NCBI GenBank assembly: GCA_963667675.1 | Contig: OY763929.1 | Coordinates: 642-64,641 of the forward strand | Source: Dehalococcoidia bacterium | Lineage (GTDB): Bacteria > Chloroflexota > Dehalococcoidia > Lucifugimonadales > UBA3495 | DNA: 64,000 nucleotides | Reading direction: 5' to 3' | Part shown: in pieces, positions 17,776 through 27,152 of the stretch | Position numbering within the stretch: the first letter of the stretch is position 1 | Layout: each line of letters starts with the position of its first letter | Position numbers and translations under genes: made by a program | Notes under the pieces: generated by a model | What the model saw: the letters and a program-made list of their open reading frames with translations, nothing else | Told to the model about the DNA's origin: nothing | Databases searched by the model: none

Positions 17776-18267
17776 CTATAGCCTGTCCAAGTCTTCCAGG
17801 GCCTTCCTTCTCCGTTCCCGCTCGCGGGCCTTGAGCATCTCGTCGTATTTGTGCACCGCTTCCTCTTGTTCCTTGGTCTCAATTGTGCCCGGGCGCACCT
17901 CGCGTATACGGGAAACGGCTTGGTCCGGCTTGTAGCCTGCGTAGACCAGGTAGCAAGCCAGGACTGTGCCGGTGCGGCCCATGCCAGCCCTGCAGGTGAC
18001 CGCCACCGGGCGTTCCCAGGTGCGGATCTCCGCTTGCATGAACATCACCATGCGCTCGATCTGCTCCAGGCTGGGCGCGGCCCCGTCGGGCACCGGCTCG
18101 TACAGGTCAACCAGGTCGTTGGCTTCTCCGGAAATGGTCCCTTCCTGCATCCGCACTATCGACCGGATATTCTGCAGGTTGAGGTACATCAGGTCGCGGC
18201 GGCTCGTGGGCCCCTGTGCGGCCGCCAACAGGCCGTGAATGATCCAGCCAAAGTTCAAATATTCCAC
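17776..18267 (-). CDS. Dual-specificity / tyrosine protein phosphatase
   Basis: CX5R active-site loop VAVTCRAGMGRTG. GTG start with a weak RBS. Confidence 0.7.
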   Translation of the reverse strand: MEYLNFGWIIHGLLAAAQGPTSRRDLMYLNLQNIRSIVRMQEGTISGEANDLVDLYEPVPDGAAPSLEQIERMVMFMQAEIRTWERPVAVTCRAGMGRTGTVLACYLVYAGYKPDQAVSRIREVRPGTIETKEQEEAVHKYDEMLKARERERRRKALEDLDRL

Positions 18268-18388
18268 TAACCAAACTTCGCTTTGCCGCGAAGGGCCAAT
18301 CTACGCGCTGGTCTGGGCAACCCTCGATAAGGCCCTTAATGGCTTGCCAACGGCTTTTGGGAGTAATCCAGTCGTCGGCTAGCGTCCG

Positions 18389-18772
18389 CTACGGGACAAC
18401 CGCCGTTACGTCGATCTCGATGCGGAGCGCCGGCAACGCCAGGCCGGCGACGAGGATCAACGTGGCGGCCGGTACGAACTCGTCGGGAACGTACCTGGCT
18501 CTGGCGGCTACCAGCGCGGCAATGTCTTCGCTGTTGGTCAAGTAGACAGTCCACTTTGTCATGTGACGCATATCGCTGCCCACCGCGGCCAATGCCGCCT
18601 CGACGTTCTTGAACGCCTGCTCTATCTGCTCTGCCGGGTCTTCAGGTATGTTCCTGTCCTTGTCCATACCTACCTGGCCCGAGAGATAGGCTATATTCCC
18701 CTCTTTTACTACGTGATGATAGCCCCCGCCCGGATCGAATAAGCCGGGTGGGTTGATGCGCTCTATCGACAT
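18389..18772 (-). CDS. RidA (YjgF/TdcF) family protein
   Basis: Start at MSIERINPPGLF (RBS AAGGAG). The pattern ...YLSGQVG...R.EIDV is typical of the family. Confidence 0.8.
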   Translation of the reverse strand: MSIERINPPGLFDPGGGYHHVVKEGNIAYLSGQVGMDKDRNIPEDPAEQIEQAFKNVEAALAAVGSDMRHMTKWTVYLTNSEDIAALVAARARYVPDEFVPAATLILVAGLALPALRIEIDVTAVVP

Positions 18773-18820
18773 TACAACTCCTTCCTCTTCGGATTCCATA
18801 CGTCACCCCGCCAGCGACGC

Positions 18821-18874
18821 GCCCTGCCCCGCTCGTTTACCACCACCCTTCCTTGCGAGCGGGGCAGGGCTTTT
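18821..18874. other. 15-bp perfect hairpin with a 20-nt loop inside the ridA 5' leader (on the plus strand it is followed by TTTT)
   Basis: GCCCTGCCCCGCTCG ... CGAGCGGGGCAGGGC, at 18821-18835 and 18856-18870. Confidence 0.5.
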
Positions 18875-18916
18875 AACCGAAACCGGGGCTGGCCGTGCTC
18901 ACGTGGCTTGGCAGTG

Positions 18917-18945
18917 ACTATATGGATGCAGCCTGGCCTTGTCAA
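18917..18945 (-). promoter_or_regulatory. Promoter of ridA
   Basis: Reverse strand reads TTGACA-N17-TATAGT. It predicts a leader of about 135 nt containing the hairpin at 18821-18870. Confidence 0.55.
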
Positions 18946-19103
18946 ACCTTGCCCCCGGCGGAGGCGTGGCCCCGGACCACTCTCCACCTCGCCCGCGGTT
19001 TTCCCCCAGATAGAAACGGCGCCCCGGATGGTCAATTGATGCTAATTTCATTGTTATGCGGTATACTACGCTCAGGACAATATTGAGCAGTAAGGGGGCA
19101 GTC

Positions 19104-19562
19104 ATGGCTCGCATTAAACACATTGCCTTGCATACTCAGGACCCGGTCAAGACCGCGGACTTTTACAAAGAGGTCTTCGGGATGGAGGAGATACTGCGTC
19201 AGCCCAAGGACACGGGTGAACACGGGGTCTGGCTGTCCGACGGCTACATTTTCTTTGCCATCCTGAAGTTCGGCACCGACGACGTCCCCAACCTGGGCAA
19301 TGGGCCTTCCACGGTGGAGGGCGTCCACCACATCGGGTTCTTCGTGGACGACTTGGACGAGTCCGTCGCAGCCTTCGCGGCCAACGGCGGCTCCGAGTGC
19401 CCGGGCAGCAGCCGCGTCAACCGCAAGTACAAGGGCCCCGACGGGTTGATGATAGACATGGTGCCCTGGGCCACCCCTTATTGGGACGACATGATCAAGG
19501 CCAAGACCCAGCTCTTGCAGGCCGTGCCGGCCACCGAAGATGCGCCGGTTTCCGCCGATTAA
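19104..19562 (+). CDS. VOC family protein, copy 2
   Basis: Start at MARIKHIALHTQDPVKTADFYKEVFG (RBS AAGGGGG). 152 aa, like copy 1. Confidence 0.8.
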   Translation: MARIKHIALHTQDPVKTADFYKEVFGMEEILRQPKDTGEHGVWLSDGYIFFAILKFGTDDVPNLGNGPSTVEGVHHIGFFVDDLDESVAAFAANGGSECPGSSRVNRKYKGPDGLMIDMVPWATPYWDDMIKAKTQLLQAVPATEDAPVSAD

Positions 19563-19688
19563 TCAGCTGAGTCCCGGCCTTACTATCCCGGACCGACCCG
19601 TGACGGACGCTGGAGACCGCCTCAAGAGCTCCTCACAGAATACTATGGCTTGCCCTGGGATTACTTCCCAGGTCGGAGGAACACGTTA

Positions 19689-20822
19689 ATGCATTGTGGA
19701 GTGATGGTCACCGGTTACAATCAGGGTGACTGGGACCGTCTTTTGTCAAATGACTACAGCCGGCCTCCCGACGTCCCCGACGTCGACAATATGGACGACA
19801 CCCTGTACATGGGGGAATTGGTCGAGCCCCTGGGCTTCGACTCCATCTGGGCCACCGAACACTACGGCTCCGCCTACTCGATGCAGCCCAACCCCCTGCA
19901 ATACCTGGCTTATTGGGCCGGCCGCACCAGCCGGGTGGACGTGGGCACCGCGGTGGTCGTTGCTCCGTGGTGGAACCCGGTGCGGCTGGCCCACGAAATC
20001 TCCATGCTCGACATCCTGCTCAAGGGGCGGCGCCTGCACCTGGGCATCGGCCGCGGCATTGCTCCCCACGAGTACGCCTCCCTGAACATCCCCATCGGGG
20101 AGTCCCACAAGTACTTCTACGACGTGGTCAGGGCCATCAAGGCCGCCGACGGCGCAGAGCGTTTCGAGTTCAAAGGCGAGGTGTACGACATTCCCCCCAC
20201 CACCATCCGGCCCCAGGCAAGGCATAAGGGCGACCTGACCAAGAACATCAAGGTGGCCTTCACCACCGAGGCGTCGGCAAGGTTGGCCGCCCAGAACGGC
20301 CTTGGCCAGATGTTCATCGCCGACGATGACGCCGACCAGATGCTTACCAAGGTGCGCAGGTTTAACGGAATTCGAAAGGAGCTTGGCCTGCCGCCCGACC
20401 AGCCTACAACGCTTCTTTGGATGTACTGCGCCGAGACCCCGGAGGAGGCGGAAGAGGGTTGGACCTATTTCCATAACCAGCTCTCCGCAGCCCAGCATCA
20501 CTATTTCGAATGGAACAACCCCGGCTTCCAGGGCATATCCGGTTACGAAGAATACCTCAAGCGCCAGACTGCCGACGTGGGATCTGCCGACAGGAATCTC
20601 GCCGCCCGCAAGGCCACCCAGCCCATCGGCACTCCTGACGAAATTATCCAAAGGCTCAAGACCCTGCAGAAGAACATCAGCATGGAAAAGATCGTCGTCC
20701 ACATGATGTACGGCGGGATGCCCAGGGACAAGGCGGAAAAAAGCCTGAGGCTCTTTGCCGAGAAGGTCCTCCCGGAAGTCCAGGCCATGCCCACTCCGGT
20801 CAACCCCGAATCCCTTGGCTGA
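19689..20822 (+). CDS. LLM-class flavin-dependent oxidoreductase
   Basis: Start at MHCGVMVTGYN (RBS GGAGGA). ...FDSIWATEHYGS... is typical of LLM proteins. Confidence 0.8.
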   Translation: MHCGVMVTGYNQGDWDRLLSNDYSRPPDVPDVDNMDDTLYMGELVEPLGFDSIWATEHYGSAYSMQPNPLQYLAYWAGRTSRVDVGTAVVVAPWWNPVRLAHEISMLDILLKGRRLHLGIGRGIAPHEYASLNIPIGESHKYFYDVVRAIKAADGAERFEFKGEVYDIPPTTIRPQARHKGDLTKNIKVAFTTEASARLAAQNGLGQMFIADDDADQMLTKVRRFNGIRKELGLPPDQPTTLLWMYCAETPEEAEEGWTYFHNQLSAAQHHYFEWNNPGFQGISGYEEYLKRQTADVGSADRNLAARKATQPIGTPDEIIQRLKTLQKNISMEKIVVHMMYGGMPRDKAEKSLRLFAEKVLPEVQAMPTPVNPESLG

Positions 20823-20959
20823 GCCTGTCCGTCGAACAACACCAACGCCAGTTTGCCGAACCGGTTCTCCGCTAGTGGGACAACCTCTCGGCCCGACTAC
20901 CAACCGGAACAGCCTCGCCCCACAACTCCTTGCCGTTAAACAGGGACCATTAGTCATTC

Positions 20960-22183
20960 ATGCCTGACCAAGCCCTGTCCCACATAAGGGTCCTCGACTT
21001 CACCCAGCATCTGGCCGGCCCCTATTGCACCAAGCTGATGGCCGACCAGGGGGCCGACGTCATCAAGGTGGAGCGGCCCGGTATTGGTGATGTGGCCCGA
21101 AGGTTAGGCCCATTTCCCGGCGATGCTCCCCATCCCGAAAAAAGCGGCCTGTTCCTCCACCTGAACACCAACAAGCGCGGCATAACCCTGGACCTCGCTA
21201 CTGAGCCAGGCCGCGACATCGCCCGCCAACTGGTCGCGGAGGCCGACCTCGTCGTGGAAAGCTTCCGGCCCGGGATCATGGCGTCCTTCGGCCTGGACTA
21301 TCCGGCCCTGAAGGCCGTCAACCCTGACCTGGTTATGACCTCCATTTCCAACTTCGGCCAGACGGGCCCCTACCGTGACTACCGCGGCTCGGACATCATC
21401 TTCTATGCCATGGGCGGTGAGATGTCCGCAACGGGGCTGCCTGAACGAGAGCCCCTGAAGCTCGGGCCCAACGCCACCCTGTACCAGGCGGGCGCCGCCG
21501 CGGCCGTGGCCACCATGGGCGCCCTTTTCCTGTCCTGCAACCCCGACGACGGCCAACCCATCGGCCAGCACGTGGATGTCTCCATCATGGAGACCCAGCT
21601 TTCGTCCGTGGACAGGCGGATGACCGCCCTCCTTGCTTACCAATACGCCGGCAAGATCACCGGTCGGGAAGACTGGGGATTCGCCGGCTACCCCCACGGG
21701 GTTTTTCCCTGCCTGGACGGGTACTTCGCCATCACCGGAGCCGGGGTTTACTTTTCCAGGACAGTGGAGATGATCGGCTCTCCCGAAGCCCTGCAAGACC
21801 CCAAATTTCACTCCCTGGAAGCCCAGACTGACCCGGGGCTCCAGGAAGAGTTCGAGGAAGTGTTCTACCCCTGGATCTTGTCCAGGACTAAACTAGAGGT
21901 CTGGGAAGCCGCCCAGAAAGCCCATGTGCTGGGCGCGCCGTTGAACACCATGGAAGAGGTGTTCAACATGCCCTTCTTCGACGAACGCGGCTCATTCGCC
22001 CAGGTCGATCATCCTGAAGCCGGCCCCATAACCCAGCCGGGCAGGCCCTTTGTCATGAACGAGACCCCCTGGGCCTTGCGAAGGCCCGCGCCGTTGTTGG
22101 GCCAGCACAACCAAGAGGTGCTGACCGACTTGGGGTACACACCCGCGGATATCGCCTCCCTCCGGCAGTCCGGGGTGATTTAG
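20960..22183 (+). CDS. Family III CoA-transferase (CaiB/BaiF family)
   Basis: IRVLDFTQHLAGPYCTKLMADQGADVIKVERP. Confidence 0.9.
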   Translation: MPDQALSHIRVLDFTQHLAGPYCTKLMADQGADVIKVERPGIGDVARRLGPFPGDAPHPEKSGLFLHLNTNKRGITLDLATEPGRDIARQLVAEADLVVESFRPGIMASFGLDYPALKAVNPDLVMTSISNFGQTGPYRDYRGSDIIFYAMGGEMSATGLPEREPLKLGPNATLYQAGAAAAVATMGALFLSCNPDDGQPIGQHVDVSIMETQLSSVDRRMTALLAYQYAGKITGREDWGFAGYPHGVFPCLDGYFAITGAGVYFSRTVEMIGSPEALQDPKFHSLEAQTDPGLQEEFEEVFYPWILSRTKLEVWEAAQKAHVLGAPLNTMEEVFNMPFFDERGSFAQVDHPEAGPITQPGRPFVMNETPWALRRPAPLLGQHNQEVLTDLGYTPADIASLRQSGVI

Positions 22184-22194
22184 GGGGCTTACCG

Positions 22195-23496
22195 ATGCCA
22201 AGACTGCCGCTGCAAGGCATAAGGGCGTTGGAGTTCGGCGTCGTCTGGGCGGGACCCTATTGCGGCATGTTCTTGGCCGGGCTGGGCGCAGAGGTAATCA
22301 GGGTAGAGTCCCTCAAGGCGTTCGTTCCCTTAACCAGGAGCCGGGGCCGCACCCCGCGTCCCAGCGAGCCGGACCCGAAAGCGTTGGTGTCGCCCTTATA
22401 CGCCGCCCCGGAGGGCATGCCGGGTGCGCGGCCTTGGAACCAGATGCCCCTTTTCAACCCCCACGCCACCAATAAGCTGGGCATGACCGTCGACCTGCTC
22501 CTGCCCAAAGGCCAGGAAGTCCTCCGGCGCTTGATTGCCGTCACCGACGTCGTCTTCGAGAATAGTCCAACCCAGACCATGGACAAGCTGGGCATCTCCT
22601 ATGAGAAGTTAAAATCGATTAACCCGTCTATCATCATGCTGCGGATGCCCGCCTACGCCAACAGCGGCCACTACCGGAATCACCGGGCTTTCGGCTTCCA
22701 CATAGAGAGCATGGCGGGACATGTGCTTCAACGGGGCTATGCCGACATGGACCCGTCGACCCTCACCAATACGTTGATGGGCGACGCCTCGGCCGGCACC
22801 CAGGCTGCCTTCGCCGTGCTGGCCGCCCTGCACTACCGCCGGCGCACCGGCAAGGGACAGTTGATTGAGGTCTCCCAGGCCGAGGCCCTGATTCCTCTGG
22901 AAGGCGAGGCATTCATGGACTACACCATGAATGGGCGCAACGCTTCCACCCTGGGCAACCGGCATCCCTCCGCCATCCAGGGCTGCTACCCCTGCCGCGG
23001 TGACGACCGGTGGGTCTGCATCACCGTCACCGGCGATGATGACTGGCGCAAGCTGTGCCAGGCCATGGGCGACCCCGAGTGGTGCGAGCAAGATGGGTTC
23101 GGCAGTCCGGCTGAGCGCTATAGTCGCCACGACGAGATTGACGAAAAAATCAGCCTCTGGACCCGTTCACGGGAGCCCTATGAAATAATGTCGCTGCTGC
23201 AAGAAGCGGGAGTGGCCGCGGGGCCGGTGATGGACCCGCGAGACGTTTTCGCCGATCCCCACGTGAGCCGCCGCGGGGTGTTCGAAGAGGCCTTTCAAGA
23301 GGACACCGGCGCCCATCTCTACCCTGGCGCGCCGTACAAGATGTCCGAGACCCCCTCCACGATCCGCCGCGGGCCCGTCAGGCTGGGTGAAGACAACGAA
23401 TACGTATACCAGGACCTGTTGGGCTACACCCCCGAAGAATATGCCGCCCTGGAGGAAGAGGGCCACGTCGGCATGGACTACCGCCCCGACCCGTAG
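22195..23496 (+). CDS. Family III CoA-transferase (CaiB/BaiF family), second copy
   Basis: IRALEFGVVWAGPYCGMFLAGLGAEVIRVES. Starts 11 bp after the previous gene. Confidence 0.85.
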   Translation: MPRLPLQGIRALEFGVVWAGPYCGMFLAGLGAEVIRVESLKAFVPLTRSRGRTPRPSEPDPKALVSPLYAAPEGMPGARPWNQMPLFNPHATNKLGMTVDLLLPKGQEVLRRLIAVTDVVFENSPTQTMDKLGISYEKLKSINPSIIMLRMPAYANSGHYRNHRAFGFHIESMAGHVLQRGYADMDPSTLTNTLMGDASAGTQAAFAVLAALHYRRRTGKGQLIEVSQAEALIPLEGEAFMDYTMNGRNASTLGNRHPSAIQGCYPCRGDDRWVCITVTGDDDWRKLCQAMGDPEWCEQDGFGSPAERYSRHDEIDEKISLWTRSREPYEIMSLLQEAGVAAGPVMDPRDVFADPHVSRRGVFEEAFQEDTGAHLYPGAPYKMSETPSTIRRGPVRLGEDNEYVYQDLLGYTPEEYAALEEEGHVGMDYRPDP

Positions 23497-23531
23497 AGGA
23501 ACCGCAGAGAGCGACGTGGTTGGGGCAAGTA

Positions 23532-23880
23532 CGGCGGCGGCCTGGTCAGCCCGTCCCTTCGCCCTGGTACGGTCCTGAGGCAGGGCAGCCCGTCCGTTCG
23601 TCCCAGTCCGGTCCTGGGGCAGGGCAGCCCGTCCGTTCGTCCCAGTCCGGTCCTGAGGCAGGGCAGCCCGTCAGTTCGTCCCAGTGCGCTCCTGAGGCAG
23701 GGCAGCCCGTCCGTTCGTCCCAGTGCGCTCCTGAGGCAGGGCAGCCCGTCCGTTCGTCCTAGTGCGGTCCTGAGGCAGGGTGGCCCGTCCGTTCGTCCCA
23801 GTGCGGTCCTGAATCAGGGCAGCCCGTCGGTTCGTCCTAGCGCGGTCCTGAGGCAGGACAGCCCGTCCGTTCGTCCTGAG
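23532..23880. repeat. Tandem repeat, 39-bp unit, about 9 copies (first degenerate, last truncated)
   Basis: Units start at 23532, 23571, 23610, 23649, 23688, 23727, 23766, 23805 and 23844. Consensus GGTCCTGAGGCAGGGCAGCCCGTCCGTTCGTCCCAGTCC. Confidence 0.95.
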
Positions 23881-23956
23881 GGAAATCGAAGGGGGAATAG
23901 ACGGGCGGGGGAGGTTGGGGCCTACCGCGGAGCATCGGTGGAACTTCTACGGGGGC

Positions 23957-24856
23957 CTAGCCGGTGTGCTTGCGGATGAATTCCCCCACTCGCTCGATGG
24001 CCTGCTGGCCTTCGGGCAACACGGCGGCGAATTGGTGCCACACGTGGGGCATGTCGTCCCAAATCTCCACCTCCACTTCCACGCCCGCCTTCTTTGCCCT
24101 CTCGGCCAGCACGGTGGTGTCGCTCACCAGGCACTCAATAGAACCCACGTGCAGCAGCAGCGGCGGCAGCCCGCTGAGATCGGCGTGGATGGGAGACGCC
24201 AACGGCGTCTTGGGGTCTTTGCCCCGCAGATAGGCCCCGGCAAACCGGTGGATCCCCTCCCGGTTTACCATTGGGTCCTTGTCCGCATTTGTGGTGAACG
24301 ACTCACCGGCGCCCTCCATGTCGGCCCACGCCGAGAGTCCGACCCCTGCCGCGGGCAGAGGCTCTCCCAGGTACCTCAGGGCCACCATTGTCGAGACCAT
24401 CAGGCCTCCCCCCGCCGAGTCGCCGCCGATGGCGACCCTCTTGGGGTCTATCCCCTGGCCCAGCAGCCAGCGGTAGGCCGCAACGGCGTCCTCCACCGGG
24501 GCCGGGAACGAAAACTCCGGCGCCAGCCGGTAGTCCAGCGCCAGCACGCGAGATCCCGCAGCGCGGGAGATTCGGGACAGCATTTCCCGGTGGGACCTGA
24601 TTGACCCGATGACGAATCCACCGCCGTGGAAATACAGCAGCGTGCCCCCGTTTTCCGCTCCCGGGGCGGTGATCCACTCCGCCGCCACGCCGCCGGCGGC
24701 CACTTTTTCGGTGCGGACGTCGTCGTCGACTGGAAACGACTCCGTCATCGCCTCGTACCTTTGCCGCCCTTCTTCCGGCGTCCTCGGCGGGTTCGCGGCC
24801 CGTTCCCTCAATCCCTGTATGATTTTGTCCAGTTGCGGACTTCCTGCCATGGGCAC
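23957..24856 (-). CDS. Alpha/beta hydrolase, hormone-sensitive-lipase-type esterase
   Basis: HGGGF oxyanion motif and GDSAGG nucleophile elbow. The start may be the ATG at 24850, which sits 5 nt after GGGGG. Confidence 0.9.
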   Translation of the reverse strand: MPMAGSPQLDKIIQGLRERAANPPRTPEEGRQRYEAMTESFPVDDDVRTEKVAAGGVAAEWITAPGAENGGTLLYFHGGGFVIGSIRSHREMLSRISRAAGSRVLALDYRLAPEFSFPAPVEDAVAAYRWLLGQGIDPKRVAIGGDSAGGGLMVSTMVALRYLGEPLPAAGVGLSAWADMEGAGESFTTNADKDPMVNREGIHRFAGAYLRGKDPKTPLASPIHADLSGLPPLLLHVGSIECLVSDTTVLAERAKKAGVEVEVEIWDDMPHVWHQFAAVLPEGQQAIERVGEFIRKHTG

Positions 24857-24992
24857 CCCCGTTATATTCCGTCCAGCGGCTTAGGCGCCGACCGGCCGCC
24901 CCGGAGCGGCTTCCCTCCGACTGGGTCGCTCAACCCACTAAATTTGCCTGGCTGCCGGTCTCCTCACTTCAGGCTCGCCGGTATGCCGTAGA

Positions 24993-25724
24993 TCAGTTCC
25001 TTGAAAGCTGGTCGCCGACGAACGGCGCCACGGCTTCCTTGACGCTTTGGGATAGGTTCCTGACGGCCGATGCGACGTCGGCGGGTATGCTGACCCTGGG
25101 GAACAGGATGAGAAAGAAAGCCTCTCCATTGGTAAGGACCCCTCCGAATCCCAGCGCCGACTTGACCCCGAATGCCGCCACAAAGGCCTCCTGTCCTGGA
25201 ACATAGGGACTGCCCAGGGCCTCGGGTACGTAGAATGTGTCCAGCGTCTGTGTCGACAGTTCTTGCATTCCCGCCGAGTCGGGCTGTCCCAGCAATTCGA
25301 GGTCTATGCCGAATTGCTCGAACAGCCTGTTGAGCATCGGTATTCCCGCCATCACCCCGGAATCGACGATGGGCATGGACTTCCTGCGCCTGGTCAAAGC
25401 TTCCAGGTCGGCCACGCTGGCCAGCAGGGTCAAGCACGGCAGGACGGAATCGGGAGGAGGGTTGGAGCCCGGCCCCGAGTAGGCCATGAGGAAACCCCGG
25501 ACGTAGGTCTGCAGCTCGAAGTCCAGCTTGTTATAGGGATGGACCTTGAAGAACCGGATCATTGCGTTGACCGTGTTGCCGTCCGAGTCCGTGAGATTCT
25601 CGAACAGGAAACGTACGACTTTGCCGGCGGCGTCCTGCAGGCTGGTGGCGTCGGCGGCCGCGCCCCGTAGCTCCCTGCCGCAGGCGGCTACGTCAGATTC
25701 CGTCAGCTTGGCGAATTCGTACAT
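24993..25724 (-). CDS. Hypothetical protein, orphan family (weakly GAF-like), copy 2
   Basis: 243 aa. Aligns end to end with 3775-4548 (e.g. FYVPEA.GSP, KS.LGFGG.L..GE.FF). RBS GAGAGGGGAG. Confidence 0.65.
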   Translation of the reverse strand: MYEFAKLTESDVAACGRELRGAAADATSLQDAAGKVVRFLFENLTDSDGNTVNAMIRFFKVHPYNKLDFELQTYVRGFLMAYSGPGSNPPPDSVLPCLTLLASVADLEALTRRRKSMPIVDSGVMAGIPMLNRLFEQFGIDLELLGQPDSAGMQELSTQTLDTFYVPEALGSPYVPGQEAFVAAFGVKSALGFGGVLTNGEAFFLILFPRVSIPADVASAVRNLSQSVKEAVAPFVGDQLSRN

Positions 25725-25843
25725 CCGCTCCCCTCTCTTTCAGCAATGCCGGCTTGTCTTGGGCGCCGGCGTTGATTCGTTGCCGCCCTTTAGGCTTCCC
25801 GGCCAAAGACCGACGTTTCCCGAATCAAAAACTGGCGTTGCCC

Positions 25844-25881
25844 GAATAATACAACAACCGCCCCGTTTTCGCCGGGGCGGT
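25844..25881 (-). terminator. Rho-independent terminator after NHL copy 2
   Basis: Minus strand reads ACCGCCCCG gcgaaaa CGGGGCGGT, followed by TGTTGTATTATTC. Confidence 0.7.
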
Positions 25882-25915
25882 CAGTGTGCCTTTGACCCGT
25901 AAACGGGTGATTCAC

Positions 25916-26929
25916 CTACAGATTTTGCTGGGGGTCAAGGTAGTTGGAGTCCTTGTGGTATATCTGCAGGCGTTCCCGCTGGGTGTCGCATACGATCAGG
26001 CGGTTGACCCGCTGGTCGAAAGCGCAGGCCACCGGCATGACGAACACCCTCTGTTGCTCCTCCAGGTTGTACATCTGGCGGCGGCGTCTTTGAAAGTCCG
26101 GGTTGGCGTCAATGGTCATCTGGGCCCATTTGGACACGTCCGCCGCATCCCCGCGTAGATGGGTCAGGGGCTTACCCTCTGCATCGTAGATGACTACCCG
26201 CTGGTTCATCCAGTCCACAACGTACACGTCGCCTTCCCCGTCCACCGCCACGCCGCTGGGGTGCCTCAGCGAGCCCGGGCCGGACCCGCCGCGCCCTATA
26301 GTCTGCAGGTGCGCGCCGTCGGCGCTGAACTTTTGCACCCGGTGGTTGTTCCAGTCGGCCGCGTAGATGGCCCCGTTATTGTCGATGGTAATGCCCCACG
26401 GCGTATCCAGTTCGCCTTCCCCGCTGCCCTTCCGGCCAAACCCGCCCAGGTAGCGGCCGTCTTTGTCGAACTTCTGGATACGGCTGTCATTGCCGTTGAC
26501 TATTACCAGGTTGTCGTCCTGGTCGAACGCCATGCCCGACGGCCCGTTGAGCTGCCCTGGGCCCGGGCCCGCTTCTCCCCAGGTCCTCAACAATTCCCCG
26601 TCCTTGTTGAAGACGGTAATCCGGTTGAGCCACTCGTCGGAGGCGTAGACGTTCTCGTCACGGTCCAGGGCCACGGCGGTCAGAAAACGGAACTGTCCCG
26701 GGTCCTCTCCTCCGCCGCCGAATTCGCAGATGAAGTCTTGTTCCACCGTTAACTTGGTGATTCGGCAAATCTCGACGAAGTCGATACCCCTGTTGGCGAC
26801 GTATAGCACACCGTCCCTGGCTGGGGCAACACCTACGGGATGGTTGAAACCCGTGCCTGTCTCGGCATACCTTCCAATGTGATGACTATAGATCCAGGCG
26901 CGTCTTCCGACAACGGTTTCGGTTGCCAT
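25916..26929 (-). CDS. NHL-repeat beta-propeller protein, copy 2
   Basis: 337 aa, collinear with 14114-15127. RBS AAGGAGA. Confidence 0.8.
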   Translation of the reverse strand: MATETVVGRRAWIYSHHIGRYAETGTGFNHPVGVAPARDGVLYVANRGIDFVEICRITKLTVEQDFICEFGGGGEDPGQFRFLTAVALDRDENVYASDEWLNRITVFNKDGELLRTWGEAGPGPGQLNGPSGMAFDQDDNLVIVNGNDSRIQKFDKDGRYLGGFGRKGSGEGELDTPWGITIDNNGAIYAADWNNHRVQKFSADGAHLQTIGRGGSGPGSLRHPSGVAVDGEGDVYVVDWMNQRVVIYDAEGKPLTHLRGDAADVSKWAQMTIDANPDFQRRRRQMYNLEEQQRVFVMPVACAFDQRVNRLIVCDTQRERLQIYHKDSNYLDPQQNL

Positions 26930-27152
26930 CAGGCTTATCTCCTTCTAGAGCCCCTCTAGTCTTCTTTTTTGGGGCATAGTGTTTCCGGCGGTTACCCGCC
27001 GGGTGCCGTCGCTGAATTGATACCGCACTATGGGATTCAGGCTGAAGAGCGCAGTCCCTCTTGGAAGTACGACCGCCGCCGCCGGCCTGTCCCGCATGAG
27101 CCAAGCCGGTCTCACTGACGCAACAATCCAGCTAAGGCTCCGGATGAGGCGC

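Noticed and set aside
23520-23762. 80-aa ORF reading PEAGQPVRSSQSG repeats through the 39-bp tandem array
   Set aside because: It has only a TTG start 24 bp after the upstream stop, with no RBS. The frame is interrupted by TAG in later repeat units, and every other frame has stops as well. I treated the region as non-coding repeat DNA.
23532-23880. Possible CRISPR array
   Set aside because: The units abut each other with no unique spacers and show no terminal dyad symmetry. No cas genes are present in the window.
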